Below are positions 21,388 through 31,100 of a stretch of 64,000 nt of DNA, one piece after another. A model generated the notes under the pieces. The model was given only the letters and a program-made list of their open reading frames with translations, made no database searches and was not told the origin of the DNA. Both the position numbers and the translations under genes were made by a program. Within the stretch, counting starts at the first letter, position 1; each line of letters starts with the position of its first letter. Source of the DNA: Candidatus Bathyarchaeia archaeon (GTDB taxonomy: Archaea > Thermoproteota > Bathyarchaeia > Bathyarchaeales > DTEX01); assembly GCA_038817885.1 (NCBI GenBank), contig JAWAZE010000003.1, positions 1,698 to 65,697 on the forward strand. The letters are read 5' to 3'.

Positions 21388-23772
21388 TCATTCCCCAAGA
21401 AAAGTTTTCTTCCACGCATCAGATAATTTATCTACATCGGTGCTGATTACGGGTTCATCATTAAGCCCGTAAACGACAAAGAGGCCATCTTTTCTAACCC
21501 TACCTATTAATGCATAATACGCCCTTCTAACAATTGATTCGAACTCATCCCTCCATCCCTCAGAAACCTCGACTAGAAATCGGCTATTAGACTCTGAAAA
21601 TAGTATGTGATCGTTCCTTGAGGTCTGGCCGGCGTATGGAACATTTTTCAGCCATATTTCTAAGCCAGCATCCCCAGCCAAAGCCATCTCCGCAGCCGCA
21701 ACCGCTAAGCCCCCATCGGAGAGGTCATGGCATGCTCTCACATGCCCCTTGTCAATCGCCCTTAAAATCGCCCTTATGTTCCATTTAGCCTCCCTAAGCC
21801 TAACTCTCGGAACATTCCTCCCAAGATAACCCTTAAGCCGATAATATTCTGAGCCGCCGAGCTCGTCATATGTGCGTCCAACAATATATAATAGGTTACC
21901 GGGCTCCTTAAGATCCACTGAAACTATCCTCCTAACGTCTGGAACTATTCCTATAGCCGTTATCAGCAGGGTTGGGGTAACCGGGCCGAGGGGGGACTCA
22001 TTATATAGGCTGTCCTTCCCCGAGATGAAGGGTGTGCCGAAGCCCCTGGCAAACCTATAGCAGGCCCTACAGGCCCTAATGAGCGAGCCGAGCCTATCGG
22101 GTTTTTCCGGGTTCCCCCAAACGAAGTTATCTAACAGAGCTATTCTTCTCCCCCCAACCGCAACGTTATTCCTTATGGCTTCGTCAATGGCTGAGGCGGC
22201 CATCCAGTAAGCATCAATCTTACCATACCTCTGGTTTATGCCGCAGGAGATCACCACCCCCCTCCAAGAACTATCTAGTGGTTTTAGGATCGCGGCATCG
22301 CTGGGCCCATTATTCCTTCCGCAGAAAGGCTTTAAAACGGTGTTACCTTTAACCTCATGGTCATATGTTCTGACTATGGATTCTTTGCTGGCGACGTTCG
22401 GGGATGAAAGAATTTCAAGTAGATCCTTAGTTAGGTCGCTGGGCTCCTTAAAGTGCGGCTCACTGAGTTTAGGTCTGATGAAATTAGCGGTCCTTCTGGC
22501 CGTTGGGGGGCTGAAGAGAAACTGAATGTCGATCTCGGCAACAACATAATCCTTATAATATATTCTTAGCATCCTGTCCTCCGTTAGCTTACCTATAGGA
22601 GTTGCCTCAACATCCTCATCCCCAAAAATCTCTAAAACCTCACCTAGATTGCTCTCCGGAACGGTTAATAGCATACGCTCCTGAGACTCTGATATATAAA
22701 TTTCCCATGGAGCGATATTTGGATATTTTAATGGAACCTTATCTAACTCGACCCTCGCCCCGCAGTTAAACTTATATGCTGTCTCCCCAACAGCGCTTGA
22801 GAGACCGCCTCCGCCTAAATCGGTTATTGATGTTGCCAACTCCCGATCCCTTACGGCGATGATAGCCCTTCTCAGCTTTTCCTCCTCGATCGGATTCGCT
22901 ATCTGAACAGCTGGCCTCGAGACCTCCTCAGATTTCTCAGTCAGCTCCAGAGATGCAAATGTGACGCCATGCAGCCCATCTCTGCCAGTCCTGCCGCCCA
23001 CGAGAACCAGATGGTCTCCGGCCCTCGCCCTTTTAATGTACTTGCTGATTGGCAGTATTCCAACACATCCGCAGTAGACAACCACGTTCCCAACATAGCT
23101 CTCGTCAAAGCATATAGCTCCATTAACCGTTGGTATACCTATATTGTTGCCGTAATGACCTATCCCCGCAATAACCCCCCTAAAGATATATTTTGGATGT
23201 TTGATTCCAGGTGGGAGCTTAGAGTAGTCGTAATCTAGTGGCCCGAAGCCGAGAACATCCATGCATGCTACTGGATCAGCCCATACACCAAGTATATCGC
23301 GTATAACCCCGCCGATACCTGTTGCAGCCCCACCGAAGGGTTCTATGGCGGATGGATGATTATGTGTTTCAACCTTAACAGCTATACCATAGTCTCTCTC
23401 AAAGTGAATTATCCCAGCATTATCCTCAAAGACGGAAACGCACCACGGCCTATCAAGCTCATATGTGACTTTTGCGATGAAAGTCTTGAAGAGAGAGTTG
23501 ATCTCGCGGCCATCCGGGAGAACAATAATCCCCTTAAATGTTTTGTGGTAGCAGTGTTCGCTCCAAGTCTGCCCAATGGCCTGCAGCTCAACATCCGTTG
23601 GATTCCTGCCCCTCTGGGAAAAATAAGTCTTTACCGCCATCATTTCTTCAAGATTTAGCGCCAGGCCCATCTCCTCGCTTATCTTGGCCAGATCATCGTC
23701 GCTAGCCCCTAGAATATCGACCTCGTACAGCTCAAATGGTAAGTCCCTTCTGGTATAGAGCTGCCTCCTCAA
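21388..23772 (-). CDS. purL: phosphoribosylformylglycinamidine synthase subunit II
   Basis: VETHNHPS, GGAATGIGG and DLGGGGLS motifs. Length and synteny fit. Confidence 0.95.
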   Translation of the reverse strand: MRRQLYTRRDLPFELYEVDILGASDDDLAKISEEMGLALNLEEMMAVKTYFSQRGRNPTDVELQAIGQTWSEHCYHKTFKGIIVLPDGREINSLFKTFIAKVTYELDRPWCVSVFEDNAGIIHFERDYGIAVKVETHNHPSAIEPFGGAATGIGGVIRDILGVWADPVACMDVLGFGPLDYDYSKLPPGIKHPKYIFRGVIAGIGHYGNNIGIPTVNGAICFDESYVGNVVVYCGCVGILPISKYIKRARAGDHLVLVGGRTGRDGLHGVTFASLELTEKSEEVSRPAVQIANPIEEEKLRRAIIAVRDRELATSITDLGGGGLSSAVGETAYKFNCGARVELDKVPLKYPNIAPWEIYISESQERMLLTVPESNLGEVLEIFGDEDVEATPIGKLTEDRMLRIYYKDYVVAEIDIQFLFSPPTARRTANFIRPKLSEPHFKEPSDLTKDLLEILSSPNVASKESIVRTYDHEVKGNTVLKPFCGRNNGPSDAAILKPLDSSWRGVVISCGINQRYGKIDAYWMAASAIDEAIRNNVAVGGRRIALLDNFVWGNPEKPDRLGSLIRACRACYRFARGFGTPFISGKDSLYNESPLGPVTPTLLITAIGIVPDVRRIVSVDLKEPGNLLYIVGRTYDELGGSEYYRLKGYLGRNVPRVRLREAKWNIRAILRAIDKGHVRACHDLSDGGLAVAAAEMALAGDAGLEIWLKNVPYAGQTSRNDHILFSESNSRFLVEVSEGWRDEFESIVRRAYYALIGRVRKDGLFVVYGLNDEPVISTDVDKLSDAWKKTFLGE

Positions 23773-24023
23773 GATTTAATCTCCTCTACGCTATATCTAT
23801 AATCATCCTTAACCGGATTAGCCAGCAGCCTCCTACACATCTCCTCGACGAGAACCACAGCCTCATCAGCCGAGTTAGCCTCAAGAACAATCTCATATAC
23901 CTTACTGACCCTAACGGACCCAACAGGGTACCTTAATTCAATGAGGGCGTTTTTAGTAGACTCCCCCTCAGGGTCAACGTGGCCGGGCTTCAACGCAACT
24001 TCAACTCTAGCAACATATCTCAT
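23769..24023 (-). CDS. purS: phosphoribosylformylglycinamidine synthase subunit PurS
   Basis: 84 aa. VEVALKPGHVDPEGES motif. The stop overlaps the purL start. Confidence 0.85.
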   Translation of the reverse strand: MRYVARVEVALKPGHVDPEGESTKNALIELRYPVGSVRVSKVYEIVLEANSADEAVVLVEEMCRRLLANPVKDDYRYSVEEIKS

Positions 24024-24216
24024 GAAAAATAGAAATAGGAAATCTCAGTAAATACTTTTTCGAGTTTAAAATAGATTAGACGTATGTGAAAACCAACACC
24101 TAGAATTTGCGAAGAGCAAACCCATATAGCCGACGCTAACCAAGGAGACGTGAGCATCACCCTTTATCACAAAAGAAATCCTTAAAAGTTGAAGGATGTT
24201 TAGTAGAATATGATGC

Positions 24217-24344
24217 GGCCGCCGTAACGTAGTGGCTAAATTATAAGGACCGCGGACCCTGGTAGCGTACGGACACCAGTACAAAAGTGCTGGTGGTATA
24301 GGCCTGTGGAGCCCGGAGGCCGGGTTCAAATCCCGGCGGCGGCC
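24217..24344 (+). tRNA. tRNA-His (anticodon GTG) with encoded G-1 and two introns (about 24236-24262 in the D-loop; 24273-24301 in the anticodon stem)
   Basis: Hand fold: G-1 (24217); acceptor GCCGCCG/CGGCGGC; discriminator C24344; D stem ACGT/GCGT. The anticodon stem CGG|GC pairs with GCCCG only after a 29-nt insert is removed. Loop CTGTGGA with GTG at 24306-24308. T arm CCGGG-TTCAAAT-CCCGG. A G-1:C73 pair is the His identity hallmark. Confidence 0.8.
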
Positions 24345-24464
24345 TCCACATCACCTTATATAAAGTCTTAACGGTTTGCGAAGCATTTTAATTTGTTTAA
24401 TTGGCGGAGTTATAATAGATTTTGAAGAAAATTTATTAAGCTTGAATTCTGTTATTTTTATAGC

Positions 24465-25646
24465 ATGAGGCGCGAAATTATTTTATCTATTTTGCTAGCG
24501 AGTGCTTTGTTGCTCGTTGGTTTAGTTGATGCTACGCTGCCTTCGGCACATGGTTTGAGGGAGATAGATCTCTATAGCCCAATTTTAAGTGTAGAGACCG
24601 AGCCGAGAAGTATCTACATACCCATAACGGTTAGCAATCTAGTGAATGAGAGGCGAGAAATATCATTTAGGGTTGTTTCTCCGGCGGGATGGCGCTACAG
24701 TATATTATACAGGGAATACAATGCCCTGAGAATATTCCTAAAAGAAAGCGAATCAATGGATTTAACACTTGTCCTCGAACCCCTTAACGTTACTGAGGGA
24801 GAATATAATTTTAGTATCAGCGCATACTTCAACGACCAGCTCATCTCAAACATTCTAACTATAAACGTAAAAATAGTGAAAGCTGCCGCAACCATAAGTG
24901 TTGAAGCCACCTCAACTGAAGTTTCAGGATCCCCCGGCTCCGTCTTCTCCTTCAGAGTTAACATTAAAAACAATAGTTATAAAGATTTGACATTTAAGCT
25001 GAGTGCAAAGATTCCGGAAGGCTGGTATAACCTCGGTTTTAAGCCATCGCCCTATGAGACAAAAGTTATTTCCGATGTAACTGTGAGGGCGCGGTCTACA
25101 TATTGGAGCTTAGCCCTTGATGTCTACTGTCCTGAGGGGGTTGAGCCCGGAGTATATCCAATAGATGTCATTGTATCAGAGCCGACGGAGGGGATCTATG
25201 AGAAGATTACTTTAAGGGCCTCTGTAACCGGAACGCCTAAAGTCACTCTTAAAACGGAGGGCGACCTATTAAGTTATAATGTTGAGGCTGGAGGAGAAAT
25301 ATTAGTACCGCTGACCATCGAGAATACTGGCACAACGCACCTACGTGAAATAAGTATTTACAGTTACTCTCCAACGGGCTGGGAGACGGCAATTGAACCC
25401 AATAAAATTTCAGGCTTACCGAGGGGAGAGAAGGTTAATGCGGCTTTATATATAAGGCCTCCGTCGGGAGCCATCGCCGGGGACTACTCGGTTACTGTGC
25501 GCGCATGGAGCCTTGATGCTTCACATGAGATTACGCTTAGAATTACTGTAACAAAGACCACATATTGGGGTATAATAGGCATAGTGGTGATAGTGGCGGC
25601 AATATTTGGGTTAATGTTGGTCTTCTGGAGGTATGGCAGGCTGTGA
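24465..25646 (+). CDS. secreted, C-terminally membrane-anchored repeat protein (NEW3/CARDB-like, COG1470-like)
   Basis: N-terminal signal/TM and a C-terminal TM (WGIIGIVVIVAAIFGLMLVFW). Repeated beta-rich modules with a (P)GxYxxxV pattern. Precedes an ABC-2 transporter. Confidence 0.5.
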   Translation: MRREIILSILLASALLLVGLVDATLPSAHGLREIDLYSPILSVETEPRSIYIPITVSNLVNERREISFRVVSPAGWRYSILYREYNALRIFLKESESMDLTLVLEPLNVTEGEYNFSISAYFNDQLISNILTINVKIVKAAATISVEATSTEVSGSPGSVFSFRVNIKNNSYKDLTFKLSAKIPEGWYNLGFKPSPYETKVISDVTVRARSTYWSLALDVYCPEGVEPGVYPIDVIVSEPTEGIYEKITLRASVTGTPKVTLKTEGDLLSYNVEAGGEILVPLTIENTGTTHLREISIYSYSPTGWETAIEPNKISGLPRGEKVNAALYIRPPSGAIAGDYSVTVRAWSLDASHEITLRITVTKTTYWGIIGIVVIVAAIFGLMLVFWRYGRL

Positions 25647-26566
25647 AGTATGTCGTGATAAAGACCGTCAATCTCACTAAAAAATATGGCGATTTCACAG
25701 CAGTTAAAGATTTAAACTTAGAGGTTTATAGGGGCGAGTTCTTCTGCCTGCTTGGCCCAAATGGCGCTGGTAAGACCACAACCTTCCTTATGCTTCTCGG
25801 ATTGACGCGCCCAACCTATGGCTCGGCTTGGATAGATGGCTATGATGTGATTAAGAATCCGCTTGAGGCTAAGAAGAGAGTCGGATTCGTGGCCGAAACC
25901 CCCGGCCTATATGATGATTTAACGGCGAGAGAGAACCTAGTCTTTACGGCGGAGCTCAATGGTGTTCCTAGAGCTTTAAGGGAGAAGAGGATTTGGGAGC
26001 TTCTTGAGAAAGTGGACCTTAAAAAGTGGGCCGATGTGAAGGTGGGTAAGTTTTCTAGGGGGATGAAGCAGCGGTTGGCGATCGCCGACGCCCTAATTAA
26101 GGAGCCGAAGGTCCTTATACTTGATGAGCCTACATCCGGCATAGATCCTAAGGGGTCCGAAGAGATCCTATCCCTACTTGAAAATCTCTCAAGGAATGAG
26201 GGCATGACGATACTCATGTCATCCCACCTTCTACACCACGTTGAGAAGTACGGTGATAGGATAGCGATAATGGATAGGGGAGAAATCATAGCTATGGGCG
26301 ATGTAAGTTCATTGGTTAAGGAAGAGAATGTAATTGAGATAGAGCTAGAGGAGGTTAACAAGATCATCGTATCGGAAATTAGTAATATTAAAGGCGTTAA
26401 GGGAGTGGAGAGGGAAGGGAATAAGGTTACTGTAATCGCTAAGGGAGACATCCGGAGGGAGATTTTTGAGGCGATATCCAAGGTTGGGGGCAAGGTTGTC
26501 GGGATTAGATTTGCTCCGAGTTTAGGAAAAGTTTATGCAAAATATTTTAAGGAGGAGACTCTATGA
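25643..26566 (+). CDS. ABC transporter ATP-binding protein (ABC-2/CcmA-like)
   Basis: Walker A GPNGAGKTT, signature FSRGMKQR, Walker B LILDEPTSGID. Start placed at GTG 25643, which overlaps the upstream TGA (GTGA). Confidence 0.9.
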   Translation: MKYVVIKTVNLTKKYGDFTAVKDLNLEVYRGEFFCLLGPNGAGKTTTFLMLLGLTRPTYGSAWIDGYDVIKNPLEAKKRVGFVAETPGLYDDLTARENLVFTAELNGVPRALREKRIWELLEKVDLKKWADVKVGKFSRGMKQRLAIADALIKEPKVLILDEPTSGIDPKGSEEILSLLENLSRNEGMTILMSSHLLHHVEKYGDRIAIMDRGEIIAMGDVSSLVKEENVIEIELEEVNKIIVSEISNIKGVKGVEREGNKVTVIAKGDIRREIFEAISKVGGKVVGIRFAPSLGKVYAKYFKEETL

Positions 26567-27522
26567 AGGTTACACCAATTGTTAGGAAGGAGATTGCCGA
26601 CCACTTAGGCAGCAAGAGATTTCCACTTCTAGTTGCTCTTATACTCCTTTCTGGGCTCGCTACATCATATCTTGGCGTTCAATCAATTGCACAGGGGCCC
26701 ATAAGGGAAACCGAGCAGACAATGGTTTTCCTGAGACTGCTAACCGGGGGAGAGAGGGCCCAAATACTATCTTTTGTCTACTTTATAGGTTTATTTGGAC
26801 CAATTGTCGGAATATCTCTGAGCTTCGACTCAATTAACAGGGAGATGGCGAGCGGCTCCATGCTGAAGGTGCTTTCAAACCCGATATATAGGGATAGCGT
26901 CATCCTCAGTAAAATTATCGCCGGCCTTTTAATTATCCTGCTCATAGTCTTCAGTAGTTCCGGCATAGTTGTCGGCTTCAATATGCTTCTGGCGGGCTTT
27001 GGGCCAACCCTTGAAGGAACATTCAGAATAATATACTTTGCTACAGCATCTTTTCTTTATATAGGTCTCTGGTTCAGCATAGGCCTTCTCTTCTCAGTAA
27101 TCTTTAGAAGGACAACGACCTCAGCTCTAGCCTCAATAGCTCTCTGGATATTACTCTCCATCTTCTTCTACCTGATAGCGGACGTGATAGCGGCCGAAAT
27201 ATCTAAGATAAGATATTATTTTCCCAGCCCACCAGAAAGCGCAATTATAACATATTATGAGGTTAGTAATGCGATATCAAGAATTAGTCCACTGACACTC
27301 TATGCGGAGGTAGCGAATATTTTCTTAAATCCTGAGATTAGGACAACGGGTCTATTCTACATTTATTCGGAGAACCTTCCGGCCCCCCAACCATTAGGTC
27401 TCGACCTGAGTATAGCTCTCGCATGGCCTTCCTTCTCAGCCCTAATAGCGGGGTTCGTCATAATATTAGCATTGAGTACGCTGATATTCCTTAGGATGGA
27501 GATTAGGCCCTCATGGGCGTAA
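26563..27522 (+). CDS. ABC-2-type transporter permease
   Basis: Six-TM profile. The ATG overlaps the ATPase stop (ATGA). Confidence 0.7.
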   Translation: MKVTPIVRKEIADHLGSKRFPLLVALILLSGLATSYLGVQSIAQGPIRETEQTMVFLRLLTGGERAQILSFVYFIGLFGPIVGISLSFDSINREMASGSMLKVLSNPIYRDSVILSKIIAGLLIILLIVFSSSGIVVGFNMLLAGFGPTLEGTFRIIYFATASFLYIGLWFSIGLLFSVIFRRTTTSALASIALWILLSIFFYLIADVIAAEISKIRYYFPSPPESAIITYYEVSNAISRISPLTLYAEVANIFLNPEIRTTGLFYIYSENLPAPQPLGLDLSIALAWPSFSALIAGFVIILALSTLIFLRMEIRPSWA

Positions 27523-27530
27523 GGGGGGCA

Positions 27531-28835
27531 TTAGCGTTCCAGCCATTTAGGCAGCCGCTGCCCCTTTAACAGATCCTCAAGCTTCTCTCTTTCTCTTATG
27601 AGGGCATACCTTCCATCCTTAACTAAAGTCTCAGCGCACCTCGGCCTAGAATTATATTGCGAGCTCATTACAAAGCCATAGGCGCCAGCATTCAATATCG
27701 CTAGTAGATCACCCTCATGAACCTCTGGTAAGAGTCTATCCCTAGCCAATATATCGCCGGACTCGCAGAGTTGGCCGGCGACGTCATAGACTAACCTTTC
27801 CGGCTCTCTAAGCCTGTTTGCGACGACTACATGGTGATAAGCACCATACATTACTGGCCTGATCAGCAGGTTGAAGCCGACATCAACCCCGATAAATTTC
27901 TTGAAGGGCGTGACTTTAATAGTATTAACTTTTGTTAGGAGTATGCCCGCATCACAGACTATGTATCGCCCAGGCTCAATGCAGAATATCGGTTCACCCA
28001 AATCATACTCCCTAATCTTACTCCTGAATAGCCCGAGCATCCTCTCAGCATACTCCTCCAGGTTTAGCGGTTTCTCCTCCGGCTTATATGGGACGCCCAG
28101 CCCACCGCCGAAATCTATGAACTCGAAGGTTATACCGAGCTCCCTTCTAACTCGATGGGCTATCTCTAAAAGTTTTTCTGCGGCCAGACTAAAAGGTTCA
28201 ACGTTTAGTATTCCCGATCCAATATGCATATGTAATCCAAATCTCTTAACGCCAGCCTCTTTCGCGATCTCATATGCCTTGAGAACATCTGTCTCCAATA
28301 TGCCGAACTTTGAGTTTCTTCCAGCCGTGATCACATGCTCGTGGTGTCCGGCTCCTATCTCCGGGTTGACCCTAACAGATAATATTTCTGGGGTACGAAT
28401 CTTAATAAGCCTCCTCAGCTGGGAGAGGGAATCTATGTTAATTGTAACGTTAGCCTCAACGAGGAATCTGAGCTCGTCATCCCTAACGCTTGTCCCAGTA
28501 AAGAGTATTTTATCTGGTTGAAAGCCAGATTTTAATGCTAAGAAGACTTCCCCGGGGCTCACGGCGTCTAGGTATGCGCCCTCATCCCTTAAAATCCTCA
28601 GAACAGCTAGGCTCGTGTTAGCCTTAGCGGAATAGTAAATTCTAATTTTCTCGTAGTGTTTTAGGAGAGCTCCTCTCAGTCTGCGGAAGTTTTCACGTAT
28701 GCGGTTTTCGCTCAATACGTAGAGCGGCGTGTCGAATTTCTCTGCAAGCTCGATTACTGAGACCCCGTCAATGTATAGAGTCCCATCTCTATCCTCTAGA
28801 AATTTATGGGGGCTTATGAAAACCATACCCCACAA
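27531..28835 (-). CDS. lysA: diaminopimelate decarboxylase
   Basis: PLP fold-III decarboxylase motifs: YSAKAN (Lys-PLP), HIGSG, GGGLG, EPGR, CESGD. Last gene of the lys operon. Confidence 0.85.
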   Translation of the reverse strand: MWGMVFISPHKFLEDRDGTLYIDGVSVIELAEKFDTPLYVLSENRIRENFRRLRGALLKHYEKIRIYYSAKANTSLAVLRILRDEGAYLDAVSPGEVFLALKSGFQPDKILFTGTSVRDDELRFLVEANVTINIDSLSQLRRLIKIRTPEILSVRVNPEIGAGHHEHVITAGRNSKFGILETDVLKAYEIAKEAGVKRFGLHMHIGSGILNVEPFSLAAEKLLEIAHRVRRELGITFEFIDFGGGLGVPYKPEEKPLNLEEYAERMLGLFRSKIREYDLGEPIFCIEPGRYIVCDAGILLTKVNTIKVTPFKKFIGVDVGFNLLIRPVMYGAYHHVVVANRLREPERLVYDVAGQLCESGDILARDRLLPEVHEGDLLAILNAGAYGFVMSSQYNSRPRCAETLVKDGRYALIREREKLEDLLKGQRLPKWLER

Positions 28836-28850
28836 CCCCTGAAACCAATC

Positions 28851-29912
28851 CTAAATGTATCCTTTAGCGATCATGAGCTCAGCGCTAAGTATTCCCGCGC
28901 CAGCAGCGCCCCGAATTGTATTATGGCCCAAGCATAAATACTTAATTGTCATGGCCGGATCGCTGCGTATTCGCCCAATAACGACGCTCATACCCCTTCC
29001 AGCATCCCTATCAAGTCTAGGCTGAGGTCTATCAACCTCATCTCTGACTATTATCGGCCTCTCCGGAGCGGATGGCAGCTTAAGCCTCTGTGGCTCACCA
29101 ATAAAGTTCCTGAAGGCTTCTTTAACCTCCTCAATAGTTGGCTTATCTTCTAGATCCACATATACCGCCTCTAGGTGCCCATCTTTAACATTAACCCTAT
29201 TGCAGCTGGCGCTTATGGCAATGTCCGCCAGCCTAACCCTCTCGCCGTCAAAGATTCCGAGAATCTTTTTTGTCTCGGTCTCGATCTTCTCCTCCTCCTT
29301 AGCAATATATGGAATGACATTGTCTATTATGTCTAGTGATGGGATGCCTGGGTAGCCAGCCCCACTTAAAGCCTGCATTGTTGTAACAATCACCCTTTTC
29401 AATCCAAACTTCATTAACGGCTTTAACGTCAATGCAAGCTGTATTGTTGAGCAATTTGGATCGGTTGATATGAAGCCGCTCCAACCCCTCCTACGCTTCT
29501 GTATCGGTATGAGCCCAAGCTGCTCCGGGTTAACCTCGGGTATGAGGAGCGGGACATCTTCATCCATCCTGTGGGCGGCAGCCTTACTGAGGACGGGGAA
29601 TTCAGTTGCAAATGTCTCCTCAACTTGGCCAGCTATATCGCCCGGGAGCGCTGAGAAGACTATGTCGACGTCCCCCGCCCCCTTAACGGATTTGATGTCT
29701 GTGTTAACAACGGTCATCTCGCCTACCTCCTTAGGCATCTCAGTCTCCATACGCCATGCACATATGTCCTTATACTTTTTGTTGGCTGAACGCTCAGAGG
29801 CGGCCAATACTGAAATATCGAGCCAAGGATGATTTTCCAGTAATTGAATGAACCTTTGGCCTACAGCGCCGGTCGCAGCCAATATCGCTACGCTTCTACG
29901 CTTCAAGGGCAC
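28851..29912 (-). CDS. asd: aspartate-semialdehyde dehydrogenase
   Basis: ILAATGAVGQ Rossmann fold, PNCSTI active-site Cys, SGAGY motif. Confidence 0.9.
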   Translation of the reverse strand: MPLKRRSVAILAATGAVGQRFIQLLENHPWLDISVLAASERSANKKYKDICAWRMETEMPKEVGEMTVVNTDIKSVKGAGDVDIVFSALPGDIAGQVEETFATEFPVLSKAAAHRMDEDVPLLIPEVNPEQLGLIPIQKRRRGWSGFISTDPNCSTIQLALTLKPLMKFGLKRVIVTTMQALSGAGYPGIPSLDIIDNVIPYIAKEEEKIETETKKILGIFDGERVRLADIAISASCNRVNVKDGHLEAVYVDLEDKPTIEEVKEAFRNFIGEPQRLKLPSAPERPIIVRDEVDRPQPRLDRDAGRGMSVVIGRIRSDPAMTIKYLCLGHNTIRGAAGAGILSAELMIAKGYI

Positions 29913-31095
29913 CCCTCACGGCCACTATGGCTTCATCAATTTTACTCTCCTCAATAAATATGCTTATCGTTGACTTACTCGTTGTAACCTCAATTATATT
30001 TATGCCCTTAGATGCGAGCGCATTAGTTATTTTTGCAACCCACCCTGGGGAATCAACGAAGTCTGGATGAGATATCTCTATAAGGCCGGCTTTGGTTAAA
30101 CAGCTTAAAGCCTTAACGAAGCTCAGACCGTGAAGCTTGTTCATTAACCCTCTTAGATCTTTGGTTAAGATGAAAACGGTGATGGAATGCCTTCCGGTGC
30201 TTACTCCGAGAATGACATTTCCATCTAGAGAAGAGAATATTTGGCTTAAATTTATCGGGTTTATATCGCAAATTAAGCTTATGGCGGCAATATTTCTCTC
30301 TTCTCTGATCTCGAAGGACTTTGAGTTTAAAACGCCCATTATCTCAGTCCCAGGGGACCTAAGGTCGCCTGACATAAAGCTGACCACCCTCAGCATTTGT
30401 CCAGGAATCTTATACTTTAGGGCCTCAGCCTTAATGACCTTGGCGCCCCCATGCGCAAGCGCAAACATTTCATAGATGTCAATCTTATCCAGTATACGCG
30501 GGTTGTCAACGATCTTAGGGTCTGCTGATAGAACGCCCTCGGTCTCTTTAACGAGTAGGACTTCTTCAGCTCTTAAACAATTTGCCAGAAGGAGGGCGGT
30601 TGTATCGCTCCCACCCCTACCAAGCGTGGTCACATTTCCATTTCTATCTTTTCCAAGGAAACCGCATATAACCACTATCTTTCCGCTGGAAAGGAGGGGC
30701 TCAATATACTTTTGGACGCGCATACACGTTTCATGCATATCCGGCTTAGCGTCCATAAAATTTGAATCTGTTATTATAGGCCATTCTTCATGGTTCGGCT
30801 CGATGTAAACGGCATCTGCACCAAGCGCCCTCAGTGCAGAGCAAAAGATCCTCGCGCTCGTCCTCTCGCCCATTGAGAGTATATCGGCGTAATCCCTGTC
30901 GCTAATCTTTCCTAAATGCGAGATTATGTTGATGAGACTGTCCGTCGTATTACCCATCGCAGAGACCACCACGACGACCTCCTTAAATCCAGCCCTCAAG
31001 ATCATCTCAGCGGCCTTCCTAATCTTCTCCCCACTAGAGAGGTCTGCGCCGCCAAATTTTATAATGGTTCTACCGCTTACTATGAAGGTTACCAC
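29896..31095 (-). CDS. lysC: aspartate kinase
   Basis: IIKFGGADL, VVVVSAMG and GRGGSDTTA motifs, with C-terminal ACT-like repeats. Confidence 0.85.
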   Translation of the reverse strand: MVTFIVSGRTIIKFGGADLSSGEKIRKAAEMILRAGFKEVVVVVSAMGNTTDSLINIISHLGKISDRDYADILSMGERTSARIFCSALRALGADAVYIEPNHEEWPIITDSNFMDAKPDMHETCMRVQKYIEPLLSSGKIVVICGFLGKDRNGNVTTLGRGGSDTTALLLANCLRAEEVLLVKETEGVLSADPKIVDNPRILDKIDIYEMFALAHGGAKVIKAEALKYKIPGQMLRVVSFMSGDLRSPGTEIMGVLNSKSFEIREERNIAAISLICDINPINLSQIFSSLDGNVILGVSTGRHSITVFILTKDLRGLMNKLHGLSFVKALSCLTKAGLIEISHPDFVDSPGWVAKITNALASKGINIIEVTTSKSTISIFIEESKIDEAIVAVRGALEA

Positions 31096-31100
31096 CCCAT

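Noticed and set aside
24066-24329. 87-aa minus-strand ORF in the ORF track
   Set aside because: It runs antisense straight through the tRNA-His gene and its upstream spacer. It has no SD or promoter context and no recognisable motif, so it is treated as spurious.
24106-24383. 9-nt direct repeat TTTGCGAAG flanking tRNA-His (24106-24114 and 24375-24383), considered as possible att-like integration scars
   Set aside because: It is too short to be significant, it does not overlap the tRNA 3' end, and there is no integrase or foreign-looking cargo between or beside the repeats.
25840-26493. Long antisense ORFs inside well-supported genes (e.g. 25840-26493, 27871-28521, 33752-34417, 5725-6144, 53272-53508, 47844-48329)
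   Set aside because: Each lies entirely within, and opposite to, a gene with strong family motifs. Their translations are Ser/Leu/Pro-rich low-complexity sequence, typical of the antisense frame.
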